A DNA stretch of 64,000 bases from an uncultured Candidatus Rokubacteria bacterium (GTDB lineage: Bacteria > Methylomirabilota > Methylomirabilia > Rokubacteriales > DASRDR01), in assembly GCA_963826115.1 (NCBI GenBank), contig CAWGVS010000005.1:608001-672000 (forward strand), written 5' to 3'. Position numbers and translations under genes: made by a program. The stretch's first letter is position 1, and each line of letters starts with the position of its first letter. Of this stretch, positions 20,023-28,611 are shown piece by piece. The notes beneath the pieces are model-generated. The model was not told where the DNA came from and did not search any database. It worked only from the letters and a program-made list of their open reading frames with translations.

Positions 20023-20040
20023 CCGGAGCGCGGACCCCGA

Positions 20041-20355
20041 TCAGGCCGGACGCCAGCGCCCCTCTACCCACACGTTGCCGGTCGACGTCGTCTCCCAGTG
20101 GCCCGGCACCCACACCTGACCGGTCGGGGGCACGGTCCAGTGGCCGGGGACCCAGACGTAGGTGCGCGTGGTCGCCTGCCACGTGTACCCGCCCGGGACC
20201 CACACGTAGCTCGACGAGGGCTGCGGCGGCATGACCTCCGTCGGGGCCGCGGGCGGCGGGGGCGGCGCTTGAGCGGCCGGGTAGTAGCTCTGGCTCGAGC
20301 AGGCGGCCAGGAGCAAGGTGATCGTGACCGCGATTCCGACGCGTGGGTGCCGCAT
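20041..20355 (-). CDS. YXWGXW-repeat lipoprotein
   Basis: Lipobox LAAC; repeats YVWVPGGY, YVWVPGHW, QVWVPGHW, NVWVEGRW; SD AGGAGA. Confidence 0.85.
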   Translation of the reverse strand: MRHPRVGIAVTITLLLAACSSQSYYPAAQAPPPPPAAPTEVMPPQPSSSYVWVPGGYTWQATTRTYVWVPGHWTVPPTGQVWVPGHWETTSTGNVWVEGRWRPA

Positions 20356-20403
20356 GGTCTCTCCTGTTCTGGCGATGGTCGGTGTAGGGAAGGACGCCAC
20401 GGC

Positions 20404-20772
20404 CTAGCCTCCGGTGGGCTGGGCGCGGGCCGAGTCCGGATACGCGGCGCGGATCTCCGGTAGGTACGCCTCCGTCCACCGGTAGAGCGCGTGCAGCGGG
20501 GTTGTCAGCGTGGCTCCGAGGTGGGTCAGCGAGTAGTCCACCCGCGGGGGAAGGACCGCGTGGGCGGTGCGCTCGACCAGCCCGTGCTGCTCGAGCCGTC
20601 GCAGCGTCTGCGTCAGCATCTTCTGCGAGATACCGTGCCCCGCCCTTTGTAGCTCACCGTGTCGCTTCGGTCCCTGGGAGAGCTGCTGGAAGATGAGGAG
20701 CGCCCACTTGTCGCAGATGCTCGACATGATCTCCTGGACGTTCACGAAGTCGGCCGGGAGCTTCTTGGCCAT
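20404..20772 (-). CDS. HxlR-family winged helix-turn-helix regulator
   Basis: DKW, GISQKMLTQTLRRLE, PPRVDYSLT..G motifs. Confidence 0.9.
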   Translation of the reverse strand: MAKKLPADFVNVQEIMSSICDKWALLIFQQLSQGPKRHGELQRAGHGISQKMLTQTLRRLEQHGLVERTAHAVLPPRVDYSLTHLGATLTTPLHALYRWTEAYLPEIRAAYPDSARAQPTGG

Positions 20773-20817
20773 GCCCTGGGTTCCGTGCGTTGGTCCGATG
20801 TCTCTCGTTCCGCCGGC

Positions 20818-20898
20818 CTAGTGACCCACGCCGAGCAGGAACAGGAAGACGATGAGACTGAGAGGCACGCCCAGGAGCCAGAGCACGATCAGCCACAT
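20818..20898 (-). CDS. 26-aa single-pass membrane peptide
   Basis: MWLIVLWLLGVPLSLIVFLFLLGVGH; SD GAGGAGGG; sigma54 site upstream. Confidence 0.7.
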   Translation of the reverse strand: MWLIVLWLLGVPLSLIVFLFLLGVGH

Positions 20899-20985
20899 GT
20901 CGGTACCCTCCTCACGCGATCGCTCCTCGCCGTCCGGTGCGCCCACCGGCACTCCAACGAGAGCTATGCTTTGCAGTGAGACATG

Positions 20986-21001
20986 AGCAAGCGGAGTGCC
21001 A
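20986..21001 (-). promoter_or_regulatory. Sigma54 (-24/-12) promoter
   Basis: Minus strand TGGCAC-TCCGC-TTGCT, exact match to TGGCAC-N5-TTGCW. Confidence 0.8.
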
Positions 21002-21136
21002 GCCATCAAGGACGGCAGCGGAGCATATGCATGACGTGACGAGCGTGCGCGGGCCTCGTCTCGCTCACGATCCGCGCGCCGTGCGTCGCCGCCAGGATGT
21101 CGTTGAAATGACGCGGTGTCGACAGGAGGGGACCAG

Positions 21137-22840
21137 GTGGACAACGCGGCCGTCGCACGCGCGCTGAGGGAGATCGCAGCGCTCCTCGCGCTCGAGGACG
21201 ACGGCGCCTTCAAGGCGCGCGCGTACGAGCGCGGTGCGCGGGCCGTCGAGGCGCTGTCGGAAGACGTCGCGGAGCTGGCGCGATCGAACCGTCTCCGCAG
21301 CGTGCCTGGGATCGGAGCGTCGCTTGCGCGGACCATCGTCGAGCTCCGGGAGACCGGGCAGAGCGAGGTGCTCGCGCGGCTCCGCGCCAGCCTGCCTCCG
21401 GGCGCCCCGGAGCTCGCGGGCGTCCTCACGCGGCCCCAGATGGAGCGCCTCCACGCGGCGCTCGGCATCGAGACCCTCGCCGACCTCCGGGCGGCGTGCG
21501 AGGCGGGCCGGGTGCGCGGCGTGCACGGATTCGGCGAGCGCTCGGAGCGGCGGCTCCTCGAGGCGATCGCCGAGCAGAAGGGCCCGAAAGGGGGGACGCT
21601 GCTCGCGGACGCGGCGGACGTGGGGGAGCGCCTTCTCGCCCACCTCCGCCGCCACCCCGCGGTCGAGCGCGCCGACGTCGCCGGCGACGTGCGGCGGCGC
21701 GTCGAGCTGGTCCCCGTCCTGGACCTCGTCGTGGCGACCCGCGACCTCGCCACGACGCTCGACCACGCGGCCGGGGCGGCGATGGTCGGATCGGTCCTCG
21801 AGCGGGGGGACGGGGAGATCGCGCTCCGCCTCGTGTCGGGCCCGGACGTGCGCATCCGCGCCGTCGCTCCCGAGGCGTATCCGCTCGCGCTGTTCCGCGC
21901 CACGGGCTCGGACGCCCACGTGGCGAAGCTCGCGACCGTCGCGCGGTCCCGCGGGCTCGGGCTGGAGGCCGACGGCCTCTTCGAGGGCGCCCGCCGCGTC
22001 TCCGTCGCGAGCGAGGGCGACGTGTACCGGCGCCTCGGCCTTCCGGAGATCCCGCCGGAGATGCGCGAGGACCGGGGCGAGGTGGAGGCCGCGCGCGCCG
22101 GCTCGCTGCCGCAGGACCTCGTCCGTCTCGAGGACCTCCGGGGCCTGGTTCACTGCCACACCGTCTACTCCGACGGCCGCCACACCGTGGAGGAGATGGC
22201 CCGGGCGGCGGAGGCGCGCGGCATGGCCTACATGACCATCACGGACCATTCGCCGACCGCGGCGTACGCGCGCGGGCTCGACGTGAGCCGGCTCCGGCGG
22301 CAGTGGGACGAGATCGCGCGGGTGCAGGAGCGCGTCACGGTCCGCCTCCTCCGCGGGACCGAGTGCGACATCCTGCGGGACGGAGCGCTCGACTACCCGG
22401 ATTCGATTCTGGCCGAGCTGGACGTCGTGATCGCCAGCGTGCACAACCGCTACCGGATGAGCCGCGAGGACATGACGCGCCGCCTGGTCCAGGCGCTCCG
22501 GCATCCCTGCTTCAAGATCTGGGGCCACCCCCTGGGACGCTACGTCGGGAGCCGGCCGCCCATCGAGTGCGACATGGGCATGGTCCTGGGCGCCCTGGCG
22601 GAATCCCGGGCGGCGATCGAGGTCAACGGCGACCCGCATCGTCTGGACCTCCCGCCCGAGTGGATCAAGGAGGCGCGGGGCCGGGGCATCCGTTTCGTGA
22701 TCTCCACCGATGCCCACTCCACGGGCGCCCTCGACAACGCCCGGTGGGGCGTCGCCATGGCCCGGCGGGGATGGCTCACCCGCGGCGAGATCCTGAACGC
22801 GCTCGACGTCGACGGATTCCGCGCGGCCGTCAAGCCCTGA
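21137..22840 (+). CDS. polX: PolX-PHP protein with degenerate polymerase site and intact PHP nuclease
   Basis: FKARAY, HhH motifs, TGS..H, IPPEMRE; PHP HCHTVYSDG, TDHS, GHP, STDAH; SD AGGAGG before GTG 21137. Confidence 0.9.
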   Translation: MDNAAVARALREIAALLALEDDGAFKARAYERGARAVEALSEDVAELARSNRLRSVPGIGASLARTIVELRETGQSEVLARLRASLPPGAPELAGVLTRPQMERLHAALGIETLADLRAACEAGRVRGVHGFGERSERRLLEAIAEQKGPKGGTLLADAADVGERLLAHLRRHPAVERADVAGDVRRRVELVPVLDLVVATRDLATTLDHAAGAAMVGSVLERGDGEIALRLVSGPDVRIRAVAPEAYPLALFRATGSDAHVAKLATVARSRGLGLEADGLFEGARRVSVASEGDVYRRLGLPEIPPEMREDRGEVEAARAGSLPQDLVRLEDLRGLVHCHTVYSDGRHTVEEMARAAEARGMAYMTITDHSPTAAYARGLDVSRLRRQWDEIARVQERVTVRLLRGTECDILRDGALDYPDSILAELDVVIASVHNRYRMSREDMTRRLVQALRHPCFKIWGHPLGRYVGSRPPIECDMGMVLGALAESRAAIEVNGDPHRLDLPPEWIKEARGRGIRFVISTDAHSTGALDNARWGVAMARRGWLTRGEILNALDVDGFRAAVKP

Positions 22841-22912
22841 GCCCGCCGGGCGCGTTCGGGCCCGACGGGGGCCGGGCCGGAGTGCTATAGTGCGGCTCGC
22901 GAGGACGCGTGG

Positions 22913-23191
22913 ATGAGCGCGATCGCCGTGAGCCCGCACAAGTTCGGCCTGGTCCTGGCGACGTTCATCGGGGGCTGGCACATCGTGTGGTCGTTGCTCG
23001 TGCTCCTCGGCTGGGCGCAGCCGCTCCTGAACTTCGTCTTCTGGCTCCACTTCATCGCGCCGCCCTACGAGGTCGGGCCCTTCGTGCCGTGGCGCGCGAT
23101 GGTGCTGGTCGCCGTGACGACGACCATCGGCTACGGGTTCGGACGCATCCTCGGCGCGATCTGGAACTGGGCGCACGCCGGGGGCGCGTAG
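22913..23191 (+). CDS. Small membrane hypothetical protein
   Basis: Hydrophobic 92 aa; upstream TG-C-TATAGT (22883-22891) and GAGGA. Confidence 0.7.
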   Translation: MSAIAVSPHKFGLVLATFIGGWHIVWSLLVLLGWAQPLLNFVFWLHFIAPPYEVGPFVPWRAMVLVAVTTTIGYGFGRILGAIWNWAHAGGA

Positions 23192-23216
23192 GGCGCTCGG
23201 TCGGCGGGAGGCGACG

Positions 23217-24233
23217 ATGACCCTTGGGACCCTCGGCTCGTTCGCGCGGTACCCGCTGACGTTCGGCCCGTCGCCCGTGCACCCGCTGGAGCGCCTCACC
23301 GCGCACCTCGGCGGCGCCCGCATCTGGGCGAAGCGGGACGACTGCAACAGCGGGCTCGCCTTCGGCGGCAACAAGGTCCGGAAGCTCGAGTACCTGGTGG
23401 CCGAGGCCATCGCCCAGGGGTGCGACACGCTGGTGTCCATCGGCGGCGTCCAGTCGAACCACACGCGCCAGGTGGCCGCGACCGCCGCGCGAGTCGGCAT
23501 GAAGTGCGTCCTCGTCCAGGAAAGCTGGGTGGACTGGCCGGACGCCGTCTACGACCGAGTCGGGAACATCCTGCTCAGCCGGATCCTCGGTGCGGACGTG
23601 CGGCTCGTCCAGGCGGAGTTCGGGATCGGCTTCAAGGAGAGCTGGGAGCGCGCCCTCGCGGAGATCGAGGCGAGGGGTGGGCGGCCTTATCCCATCCCCG
23701 CCGGGGCGTCGGACCACCGCCTCGGCGGCCTCGGCTTCGCGCGCTGGGCCGACGAGGTGGCACAGCAGGAGCGGGAGCTCGGCGTGTTCTTCGACACGAT
23801 CATCGTGTGCTCGGTGACCGGGAGCACCCAGGCGGGGATGGTCGCGGGCTTCGCAGGGCAGGACCGGCCCCGCCGGGTCGTCGGCATCGACGCGTCGGCC
23901 AGGGTGAAGGAGACCCTCGAGCAGGTCGCTCGCATCGCGCGACGGACCGCCAAGCTCATCGGGATCGGTCGGGACCTGCGCGACGCGGAGATCATCCTGG
24001 ACGACCGGTACCACGCCGGCACCTACGGCATCCCGGACGAGCGGACGCTCGACGCCATCCGGCTCGCGGCGCGGCTCGAGGGGATGATCACCGACCCCGT
24101 CTACGAGGGGAAGTCGATGGCGGGCCTCATCGACCTGATCGCGAGCGGGGAGATCGAGCGGGGATCCACCGTTCTCTACGCGCACCTGGGCGGCCAGCCG
24201 GCGCTGAACGGCTACAGCGCCCTGTTCCGCTGA
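23217..24233 (+). CDS. acdS: 1-aminocyclopropane-1-carboxylate deaminase
   Basis: 338 aa; [22 protein letters not shown] (PLP Lys), [16 protein letters not shown] and YAHLGG carry the diagnostic Glu and Leu. Confidence 0.92.
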   Translation: MTLGTLGSFARYPLTFGPSPVHPLERLTAHLGGARIWAKRDDCNSGLAFGGNKVRKLEYLVAEAIAQGCDTLVSIGGVQSNHTRQVAATAARVGMKCVLVQESWVDWPDAVYDRVGNILLSRILGADVRLVQAEFGIGFKESWERALAEIEARGGRPYPIPAGASDHRLGGLGFARWADEVAQQERELGVFFDTIIVCSVTGSTQAGMVAGFAGQDRPRRVVGIDASARVKETLEQVARIARRTAKLIGIGRDLRDAEIILDDRYHAGTYGIPDERTLDAIRLAARLEGMITDPVYEGKSMAGLIDLIASGEIERGSTVLYAHLGGQPALNGYSALFR

Positions 24234-24252
24234 CGGGCGCGGCGGGCCTCCG

Positions 24253-24603
24253 ATGACCACGAAGCGGCCGGCGCAGTACCGGCTGACGCAGTTCTGGGCG
24301 TCGGTCCTGGTGGGCCTCGGCTTCGCCGTCCTCGTGGTCGGGCTCCTGGGCGGGGGGCTCCTCGTGCTGCTCCAGGACGAGATCCCGGTCCCGGCGCCCT
24401 GGTCCCGGCCGCTGGTGGCCGCCACCGCCGCCGTCGGCGGCCTGATCCTCTCGGCTCCCCTGATCCTGGCTGGCCAGCTGGTCCAGATCTTCCTCGACCA
24501 GCGGCGTCTCCTGGGCCGGATCCACCGCCGGCTCCAGCGCTGGGAGGACGAGCGGGAGTCGGAGCGAACCCACCCCATGCGGGGGCCCGACCGCCCGAGC
24601 TAG
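24253..24603 (+). CDS. Two-TM membrane hypothetical protein
   Basis: 116 aa, two hydrophobic segments, high GC3. Confidence 0.7.
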   Translation: MTTKRPAQYRLTQFWASVLVGLGFAVLVVGLLGGGLLVLLQDEIPVPAPWSRPLVAATAAVGGLILSAPLILAGQLVQIFLDQRRLLGRIHRRLQRWEDERESERTHPMRGPDRPS

Positions 24604-24757
24604 CGCGCGCGGCGGGCCTCCGCGCGCGGCGTCCGCCGCCTTCGGGATCCGGCGGGCCGCAAAGACGTGTCCCCCGGGGCTTCCGTGCTAGGCTATTCGC
24701 CATGATTCCGCACGGTTCGGCGCCGTGGTCTCCCTTGGGGGTTTTGCGGGCCTGACG

Positions 24758-27241
24758 ATGGCGGGACCCGGCGCCTCTCCCGCGAAGGGCAAGGGCAAGG
24801 AGGGCGCGGCCTCCGGCTCCCTCCGGCGTGCGTTCATCGGCACTGCGCTCGCGGTGGCCGTTCCGTTCCTCCTCCTGATCGGGCTCCTGGTCTGGGGTCA
24901 GGTGAGCCGCGAGCACGGCCGGGTGGAGCGCGAGGCGGTGGCCCAGGCGACCCTCATCTCCGCCCAGATCGAGAAGCACTTCGGGGCGCGGGTCGAGGCC
25001 CTCACGGGGGCGGCCAGCCTGCTCGCCTCAGGCGGCACGAGCGGCGAGACCCAAGGCCGGCGGCTCCGGCAGACATTCCCCGACGTCGACCGCGCGGTCC
25101 TCATCGACGAGCTCGGCGCCGCCGTGGCGTCGGTCCCGCCCCTGGCGGAGGGCAAGCGCCTCGCCGTGGGTGACCAGGAATGGTTCAAGCGGGCCGCGAC
25201 GTCCACCGATGCCTTCGTCGGGGCCCCGTGGCGGGCGGGTCCGGAGGTGCTGGTCGGGGTCTACGCGCCGGTCAGGACGACCGAGGGTCAGCTCCGGGGT
25301 GTTCTCGCCATCGATCTCCTGCTCAAACGCGTCCAGGAGCTCCTGGGCCAGGTGAAGCTCAATCCCGGCACCGTGGCCACGCTCGTCACGGACCGCGGCC
25401 TCGTGGTCGCGCGCCAGCCGTTGCTCTTCCTGATGGCGGACGTGAGGGGCCTGGCCGGGTACGGGGACCTCCTCTCCCGGGGTCGCGGTGAGGCGGTCTT
25501 CGAGGACGGCGAGTCGCGGATCGCCGGCGCGGTCAAGGTCCGGCCGCAGGACTGGACGCTCGTCGTCGGGATCCCGTCAGGCGAGGTGACGCGAGAGACG
25601 CGGACCCAGTTCCTCCTGGTTGGCGGCGCCGCGCTGGTGGTCACGGCGCTGGGGCTCCTGGCCTCCGCGCGGCTGGCGGCGCGTCAGGTCGAGGGGTTCG
25701 GGCGGCTTCGTCAGGCGATGACCCGGCTCGAGACGGGCGACCTGCCCGCGACCCTGCCCGTGACCGTGGGCGGCGAGGCCGGCACGCTGACGGAAAGCTT
25801 CAACAGGATGCTGAGCTGGCTGCGTGGAAAGATTCGGGAATACGAGGTGGTCAGCCAGCTCGACGATGCGGCCGGCCGGGTTGCGACCGGGGAGCGCACG
25901 GGCGATCAGATGCTCACGGGCCTGCTCCGTCGGGTCGTCGGCGGGGTCGGGGCGGACGTGGGGGTCCTCGTTCTGTCCGACGAATCGGGACTCGGCGCCC
26001 GCGCCGCCGTCGGCTTCCACGGCGCCCAGGTCGAGGGGACGCGGCTCCGCCGGGGCCAGGGTCTGGCGGGGGCCGTCATGTCCGCCCGCGAGTCCATCGT
26101 GGTCCCCGACGTGGAGGCCGACTACCGGGTGGAGGAGCCGTACCTGAAGGACGGGACGGTCCGCTCGGTCGCCGCCTTTCCCCTCCTGGTGGGCGAGGAG
26201 CTTCTCGGCGTGGTCGCGGTCGGCTACCGGGCGGTCCACGCGTTCCCCCAGGACGAGCTCGCGCGCATGGAGGCGATCGTGCGCCGGACGGCCCAGGCGA
26301 TCGAGCGCGCCCAGGCGCTCGAGTCCGTGCAGCGCAGCACGCAGGGTCTCGAGGCGCAGATCGCCCAGCAGGTGGAAGCGCTCCAGAAGGCGACGGTGGA
26401 CCAGGCGGAGGCCAACCGCCAGGCGCAGGAGGCGCGCAAGCAGGCCAAGGAGATGGAGCAGCGGATGAAGCTCCAGGCCGCGCAGGCGCCGCAGGTGAAG
26501 GAGGTCATCGTCGAGCGCGAGGTCGTGCGCGCGGACCCGGCCAGCGAGCAGACCGCGCGGGTCCGCGGGGAGATGCAGAAGACGGTGACCGAGGAGCTCC
26601 GCGCGCCGCTCACCGCGCTGCTCGACCTCCCGCGTCTCCTGGTCGACGGGCTCCAGAAGCCGCTCGGCGACACGGAGCGGGGCCAGCTCGAGATCCTCCA
26701 GGAGCGCGGGCAGGAGATCCTGGAGCTGATCGAGGGACTGTCCACGCTGAGCGCGATGCAGGCGGGCGGCCTCAAGCTCACGAAGGCCTCGGCGGAGCTG
26801 CCGACGCTCGTCCAGCGGGTGGTGCGCACCCTCCAGCCGCGGGCGGCGGCCAAGGGGAACCGGATCGAGACCGACATCAAGCCGGGCGTCGCGCCCGTCG
26901 TCACGGACGCGCGGCGGTTCGAGCAGGTCCTCGGCAACCTCATCCTTTCGGCGGTGAAGTACACCGAGGTGGGCGAGATCCGCGTGACCTGCTACCAGCG
27001 CGACCGGGAAGTCGTCGTCACGGTGGCGGACGACGGGCTCGGCTTCACCCAGGAGGAGCAGGCCCGGATCTTCCGGCCGTTCTGCCCGGTCGGTCCCCGG
27101 GACGGGCGGCCGCTCCCGGGCACCGGCCTTCTCCTCACGGTGGCCGAGCGGCTCGTGATGGCCATCGGTGGCAAGATCAAGATGGAGAGCGAGCTGGACC
27201 GGGGCACGTGGGTCACCGTGACGCTGCCGGCCCAGGGATGA
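24758..27241 (+). CDS. Sensor histidine kinase-like protein (Cache-HAMP-GAF-HisKA-HATPase) with degenerate catalytic motifs
   Basis: Two TMs flanking Cache domain; HAMP (E.GTLTESFNRM); GAF; H-box TEELRAPL, N-box NLILSAVKYT, G1 DDGLG, G2 GTGLLL; alternative start 24725. Confidence 0.85.
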   Translation: MAGPGASPAKGKGKEGAASGSLRRAFIGTALAVAVPFLLLIGLLVWGQVSREHGRVEREAVAQATLISAQIEKHFGARVEALTGAASLLASGGTSGETQGRRLRQTFPDVDRAVLIDELGAAVASVPPLAEGKRLAVGDQEWFKRAATSTDAFVGAPWRAGPEVLVGVYAPVRTTEGQLRGVLAIDLLLKRVQELLGQVKLNPGTVATLVTDRGLVVARQPLLFLMADVRGLAGYGDLLSRGRGEAVFEDGESRIAGAVKVRPQDWTLVVGIPSGEVTRETRTQFLLVGGAALVVTALGLLASARLAARQVEGFGRLRQAMTRLETGDLPATLPVTVGGEAGTLTESFNRMLSWLRGKIREYEVVSQLDDAAGRVATGERTGDQMLTGLLRRVVGGVGADVGVLVLSDESGLGARAAVGFHGAQVEGTRLRRGQGLAGAVMSARESIVVPDVEADYRVEEPYLKDGTVRSVAAFPLLVGEELLGVVAVGYRAVHAFPQDELARMEAIVRRTAQAIERAQALESVQRSTQGLEAQIAQQVEALQKATVDQAEANRQAQEARKQAKEMEQRMKLQAAQAPQVKEVIVEREVVRADPASEQTARVRGEMQKTVTEELRAPLTALLDLPRLLVDGLQKPLGDTERGQLEILQERGQEILELIEGLSTLSAMQAGGLKLTKASAELPTLVQRVVRTLQPRAAAKGNRIETDIKPGVAPVVTDARRFEQVLGNLILSAVKYTEVGEIRVTCYQRDREVVVTVADDGLGFTQEEQARIFRPFCPVGPRDGRPLPGTGLLLTVAERLVMAIGGKIKMESELDRGTWVTVTLPAQG

Positions 27242-27256
27242 GGACATGACCCGACG

Positions 27257-28246
27257 GTGAGCCAGTCCACGCGGAGTCCCGCGACCCTCGGCCGCGTCCT
27301 GATCGTCGACGACGACCTCCTGGTCCGGGAGACGATGCGGGACTACATCGACCACCTGGGCTACGCCGTGCGGGACGTGGGCTCGGGGGAGGAGGCCCTC
27401 GCCGAGATCGCCCGCGAGGCGCCGGACCTGGTGCTGCTCGACGTCCGGATGCCCGGCATCACCGGGATCCAGCTCTGCCGGCAGCTCAAGGGCGACCCGA
27501 TCACGCACCTGATCCCCGTGGTGCTGCTGACGGCGGAGCGCGAGCTCGACTCCCGGGTGGCGGGACTCGAGGCGGGCGCCGACGACTACTTCACCAAGCC
27601 CGTCCACCCGCGGGAGCTCGACGCGAGGCTCCGCTCGCTCATCCGCCTGAAGCGCGTGCTCGAGGAGCTCGAGGAGGCCGAGAGCCTCATCACGAGCCTC
27701 GCGCTCACGATCGAGGCGCGGGACCCGTACACGGCCGGCCACTGCGTGCGGCTGGCGGCGTGGGCGATGGCCTTCGGCGAGCGGCTCGGCCTGAGCCCCG
27801 AGGAGCAGAAGGCGCTGCGCCTCGGCGGCTTCCTTCACGACCTCGGTAAGATCGCGGTGCCCGACGGCGTGCTCCTGAAGGCCGGCCCCCTCAGCGCGGC
27901 GGAGCGCCGGCTCATGGAGGAGCACCCCGCCGCGGGGGACCGGCTCGTCGGGCCGATGCGGACGCTCGGTCTCGTGCGTCCGATCATCCGACACCACCAC
28001 GAGCGCTGGGACGGGCACGGGTACCCCGACCGTCTCGGGGGCGAGGAGGTGCCGCTCCTGGCGCGCCTGATGGCGATCGTCGACGTGTACGACGCGCTCT
28101 GCACGCAGCGCCCCTACAAGGGCCCGTTCGGCGAGGAGGAGGCCCTGAAGAGTCTCCGCGAGGGAGCGCGGACCGGCCAGTTCGACCCGGAGCTGGTCCG
28201 CGTGTTCCTGGAGCTCCGGCAAGCCGCGACCGACCGCCGCCGCTGA
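27257..28246 (+). CDS. Response regulator with HD-GYP c-di-GMP phosphodiesterase domain (RpfG family)
   Basis: REC (VDDD, LLDVRMP, T, KP) plus LHDLGK and HHHERWDGHGYP. Confidence 0.93.
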   Translation: MSQSTRSPATLGRVLIVDDDLLVRETMRDYIDHLGYAVRDVGSGEEALAEIAREAPDLVLLDVRMPGITGIQLCRQLKGDPITHLIPVVLLTAERELDSRVAGLEAGADDYFTKPVHPRELDARLRSLIRLKRVLEELEEAESLITSLALTIEARDPYTAGHCVRLAAWAMAFGERLGLSPEEQKALRLGGFLHDLGKIAVPDGVLLKAGPLSAAERRLMEEHPAAGDRLVGPMRTLGLVRPIIRHHHERWDGHGYPDRLGGEEVPLLARLMAIVDVYDALCTQRPYKGPFGEEEALKSLREGARTGQFDPELVRVFLELRQAATDRRR

Positions 28247-28260
28247 GCCCCCGTCCGCCC

Positions 28261-28611
28261 ATGACCGCCTGCGTGTTCTGCGAGATCGTCGCCGGCCGGC
28301 GCCCCGCCACGTTCGAGTACGAGGACGACGAGATCCTCGCCTTCCAGGACATCTATCCGAAGGCGCCCATCCACCTCCTCGTGATCCCCAAGCGCCACGT
28401 CGAGTCGGTGATGACCCTCGCGCCGGAGGACGCGCCCCTGGTCGGCCGGATGGTCCTCGCGGCGAAGCGCATCGGCGAGGCGCGGGGCCTGGCCGAGCGC
28501 GGCTACCGGCTCGCGTTCCACTGCGGGCCCGAGGGCGGCCAGGTCGTGTATCACCTCCACCTCCACTTCCTCGCCGGGCGCCGCGAGGAGCGAAAGGTCG
28601 AGCGACGGTGA
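28261..28611 (+). CDS. Histidine triad nucleotide-binding protein
   Basis: CVFCEI, FQDIYPKAP.H, GGQVVYHLHLH. Confidence 0.93.
   Translation: MTACVFCEIVAGRRPATFEYEDDEILAFQDIYPKAPIHLLVIPKRHVESVMTLAPEDAPLVGRMVLAAKRIGEARGLAERGYRLAFHCGPEGGQVVYHLHLHFLAGRREERKVERR

Noticed and set aside
17483-24600. Integrative element at tRNA-Ala
   Set aside because: No integrase and no duplicated tRNA 3' end seen, although the region is accessory-like
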